DNA of 64,000 nt, from positions 1 to 64,000 of IMG/VR virus record IMGVR_UViG_3300024346_000041; one strand, written 5' to 3'. The notes under the pieces are model-generated. The model worked only from the letters and a program-made list of their open reading frames with translations, had not been told where the DNA came from and made no database searches. Each line of letters begins with the position of its first letter. The first letter of the stretch is position 1. A program made the translations under genes and the position numbers. This document shows, one piece after another, positions 63,549 to 64,000 of this stretch. This stretch comes from a virus.

Positions 63549-64000
63549 ATGTCCCAGCAGCTAAAGGATTTGGCCCTTGTTACTCTGACCCCCAGCGCAT
63601 GGGAGGAGTCTTTTAAGGAAGAATTTTCTCCAGTAGGCCAGATTGGTGTTATCGTTGGATACCCCAACGGCGTCGTTGGGGTTTTCAGTAGGTCGAAGAC
63701 CTACCCATATAGCTACGTGGCCCGTCAGGCTGTTGACCCCTTAGGAAAGGTCTTTAGAACTTTCTGCAAAAGAAGCCCTTCAAATAGAAGGGCTTTTGAT
63801 AAAGCCTTGGATAGATTCGAGACTGGTGACCTCATACCACAGGCGGTGCAACTGCCTGTGGGTTACGGAATGATGTCGTCTTCGGACGACATCAGTCTTG
63901 AGTCATTGGCTTTGGCTTCTGGGGCTGAAGCTCCAGAGGCCTTAGAGGCTGCACTTCTAGGTTCCATCAAGTTGATGGCGCCATACAGGATGGCGCCATG
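63549..64000 (+). CDS. Hypothetical protein truncated by the window end
   Basis: AAGGAG RBS, ATG 63549, frame open to the end of the window. Confidence 0.65.
   Translation, partial: MSQQLKDLALVTLTPSAWEESFKEEFSPVGQIGVIVGYPNGVVGVFSRSKTYPYSYVARQAVDPLGKVFRTFCKRSPSNRRAFDKALDRFETGDLIPQAVQLPVGYGMMSSSDDISLESLALASGAEAPEALEAALLGSIKLMAPYRMAP

Noticed and set aside
1-64000. Genome-wide stop-codon reassignment
   Set aside because: Long genes are intact in code 11, and TGA and TAG both end genes with tight downstream coupling; only one in-frame TGA case was found.
1-64000. tRNA, rRNA, CRISPR arrays, inteins or introns in pol, helicase and terminase
   Set aside because: No T-loop/cloverleaf, repeat-spacer arrays or intein motifs were recognised by eye; a dedicated scan could still find some.

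Overview
AT-rich, gene-dense fragment of a large dsDNA tailed phage (probably jumbo), mostly on the + strand. It carries a lone terminase large subunit (- strand) and a complete replication/recombination module: SbcD/SbcC, SF2 helicase, DnaB-like helicase, DnaG-type primase, family A polymerase with an N-terminal UDG-like domain, RecA/UvsX, DEDDh exonuclease and RuvC. Host-takeover regulators include a sigma-70-like factor, CsrA and two RNAP alpha-CTD-like proteins. There is also a MoxR AAA/VWA pair and a dispersed glycan-modification kit (GT9-GT2 fusion, GT2s, O-methyltransferase, two sulfotransferase-like proteins, RGP/UDP-Ara mutase-like protein). I found no tRNA, rRNA or CRISPR array. The most notable unexplained signals are: (1) a 14-22 bp palindrome with core TGGAGACGTCTCCA, present 7 times 6-13 kb apart, always inside genes and in all three reading frames (parS/matS-like), with a candidate DUF1016_N/ParB-like binder at 56413-57321; (2) a single gene bracketed by a perfect 62-bp inverted repeat; (3) a signal-peptide/HEAT-like gene interrupted by an in-frame TGA followed by a hairpin; (4) a degenerate IS110/Nop-domain (Tas-like) protein in the recombination cluster; (5) a duplicated bipartite promoter-like motif and several structured RNA candidates. 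All family assignments come from motif recognition by eye, not from database searches.
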